Assembly (NCBI GenBank): GCA_018334835.1
Contig: JAGXLF010000001.1
Location: 32,879 to 96,878, forward strand
Origin: Thermoplasmatota archaeon
GTDB taxonomy: Archaea; Thermoplasmatota; Thermoplasmata; Halarchaeoplasmatales; Halarchaeoplasmataceae
Reading direction: 5' to 3'
DNA: 64,000 bases
Notes under the pieces: model-generated
The model's database searches: none
Told to the model about the DNA's origin: nothing
The model's input: only the letters and a program-made list of their open reading frames with translations
Part shown: in pieces, positions 63,738 to 64,000 of the stretch
Layout: each line of letters starts with the position of its first letter
Position numbering within the stretch: position 1 is the first letter of the stretch
Made by a program: the position numbers and the translations under genes

Positions 63738-64000
63738 ATGGGCGATAAGATGGAATACGGCTTGGAAAACAATATTCTGGTGGCGAAACTAGATGATGGC
63801 GAAGACCTTTTTGGATCTTTAGAAGATATTATGGATGAGATAGATCCCAAAAGTGCTGTGGTCTTGAGCGGAATAGGTATGTTGAGGGATTTTAAAGTCG
63901 GTTTTTACAACAGGGATACAGGAGAGTACGAGTGGGAAGAATTCACCGAACCGAAGGAACTTCTTTCTCTCAACGGTAGTATCACTGAGGAGGGGAGCAT
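63738..64000 (+). CDS. PPC/DUF296-domain protein (3' end beyond window)
   Basis: Hand translation: MGDKMEYGLENNILVAKLDDGEDLFGSLEDIMDEIDPKSAVVLSGIGMLRDFKVGFY... This fits the PPC (DUF296) pattern. The minus-strand track ORF 63659..63850 is rejected. Confidence 0.6.
   Translation, partial: MGDKMEYGLENNILVAKLDDGEDLFGSLEDIMDEIDPKSAVVLSGIGMLRDFKVGFYNRDTGEYEWEEFTEPKELLSLNGSITEEGS

Noticed and set aside
1-64000. CRISPR arrays, transposases or integrases, prophage or defence islands, rRNA and tRNA genes
   Set aside because: I saw no regularly spaced direct repeats, no recombinase or transposase-like ORFs, and no tRNA-like or rRNA-like GC-rich segments apart from RNase P RNA. The window looks like core chromosome.

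Overview
This is an archaeal chromosome segment, about 39-40% GC by eye. It is very compact: most genes abut or overlap by 1-25 nt, and four convergent gene pairs share or abut their stop codons. All product calls rest on motif and synteny recognition, because no database search was possible, and many start codons are uncertain.

Content:
- Replication and repair: MCM, two Orc1/Cdc6 paralogs (one beside a candidate oriC), RPA plus an RPA-associated OB-fold protein, and Hjc.
- Transcription, translation and RNA processing: TFB, MBF1, Nop5, NMD3, Csl4, Kae1, AspRS, EF-1beta, and a type-A RNase P RNA that the ORF track hides behind a spurious ORF.
- Central metabolism: SucD, class I fumarase, malic enzyme, Thi4, AhcY, archaeal phosphopantothenate synthetase and MptE.
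- Energy: a complete 14-gene mbhA-N membrane-bound [NiFe] hydrogenase operon with a HycI-type protease. A second, hydrogenase-less Mrp-like cluster ends in two tandem MrpD paralogs.
- Two tandem 55-aa ferredoxin genes fall below the ORF-track cutoff.
- I saw no CRISPR array, transposase, integrase, rRNA or tRNA.

Most worth a second look:
1. A co-directional module of two coiled-coil miniproteins, a Roadblock/LC7 protein and a two-domain KaiC-like ATPase with a dead second P-loop. The Roadblock gene lacks any canonical start codon for its conserved N-terminus.
2. ATG-initiated micro-ORFs bridge every sizeable intra-operon gap and end in ATGA on the downstream start. They include a 50-bp tandem duplication upstream of the RPA-associated gene and a 27-nt similarity between the mbhE/F and rpa junction micro-ORFs.
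3. A TPR protein with 12 consecutive CxxCxGxG zinc-finger units.
4. The second Orc1/Cdc6 gene appears operonic with a membrane-anchored OB-fold protein.

The organism cannot be assigned from the sequence alone.
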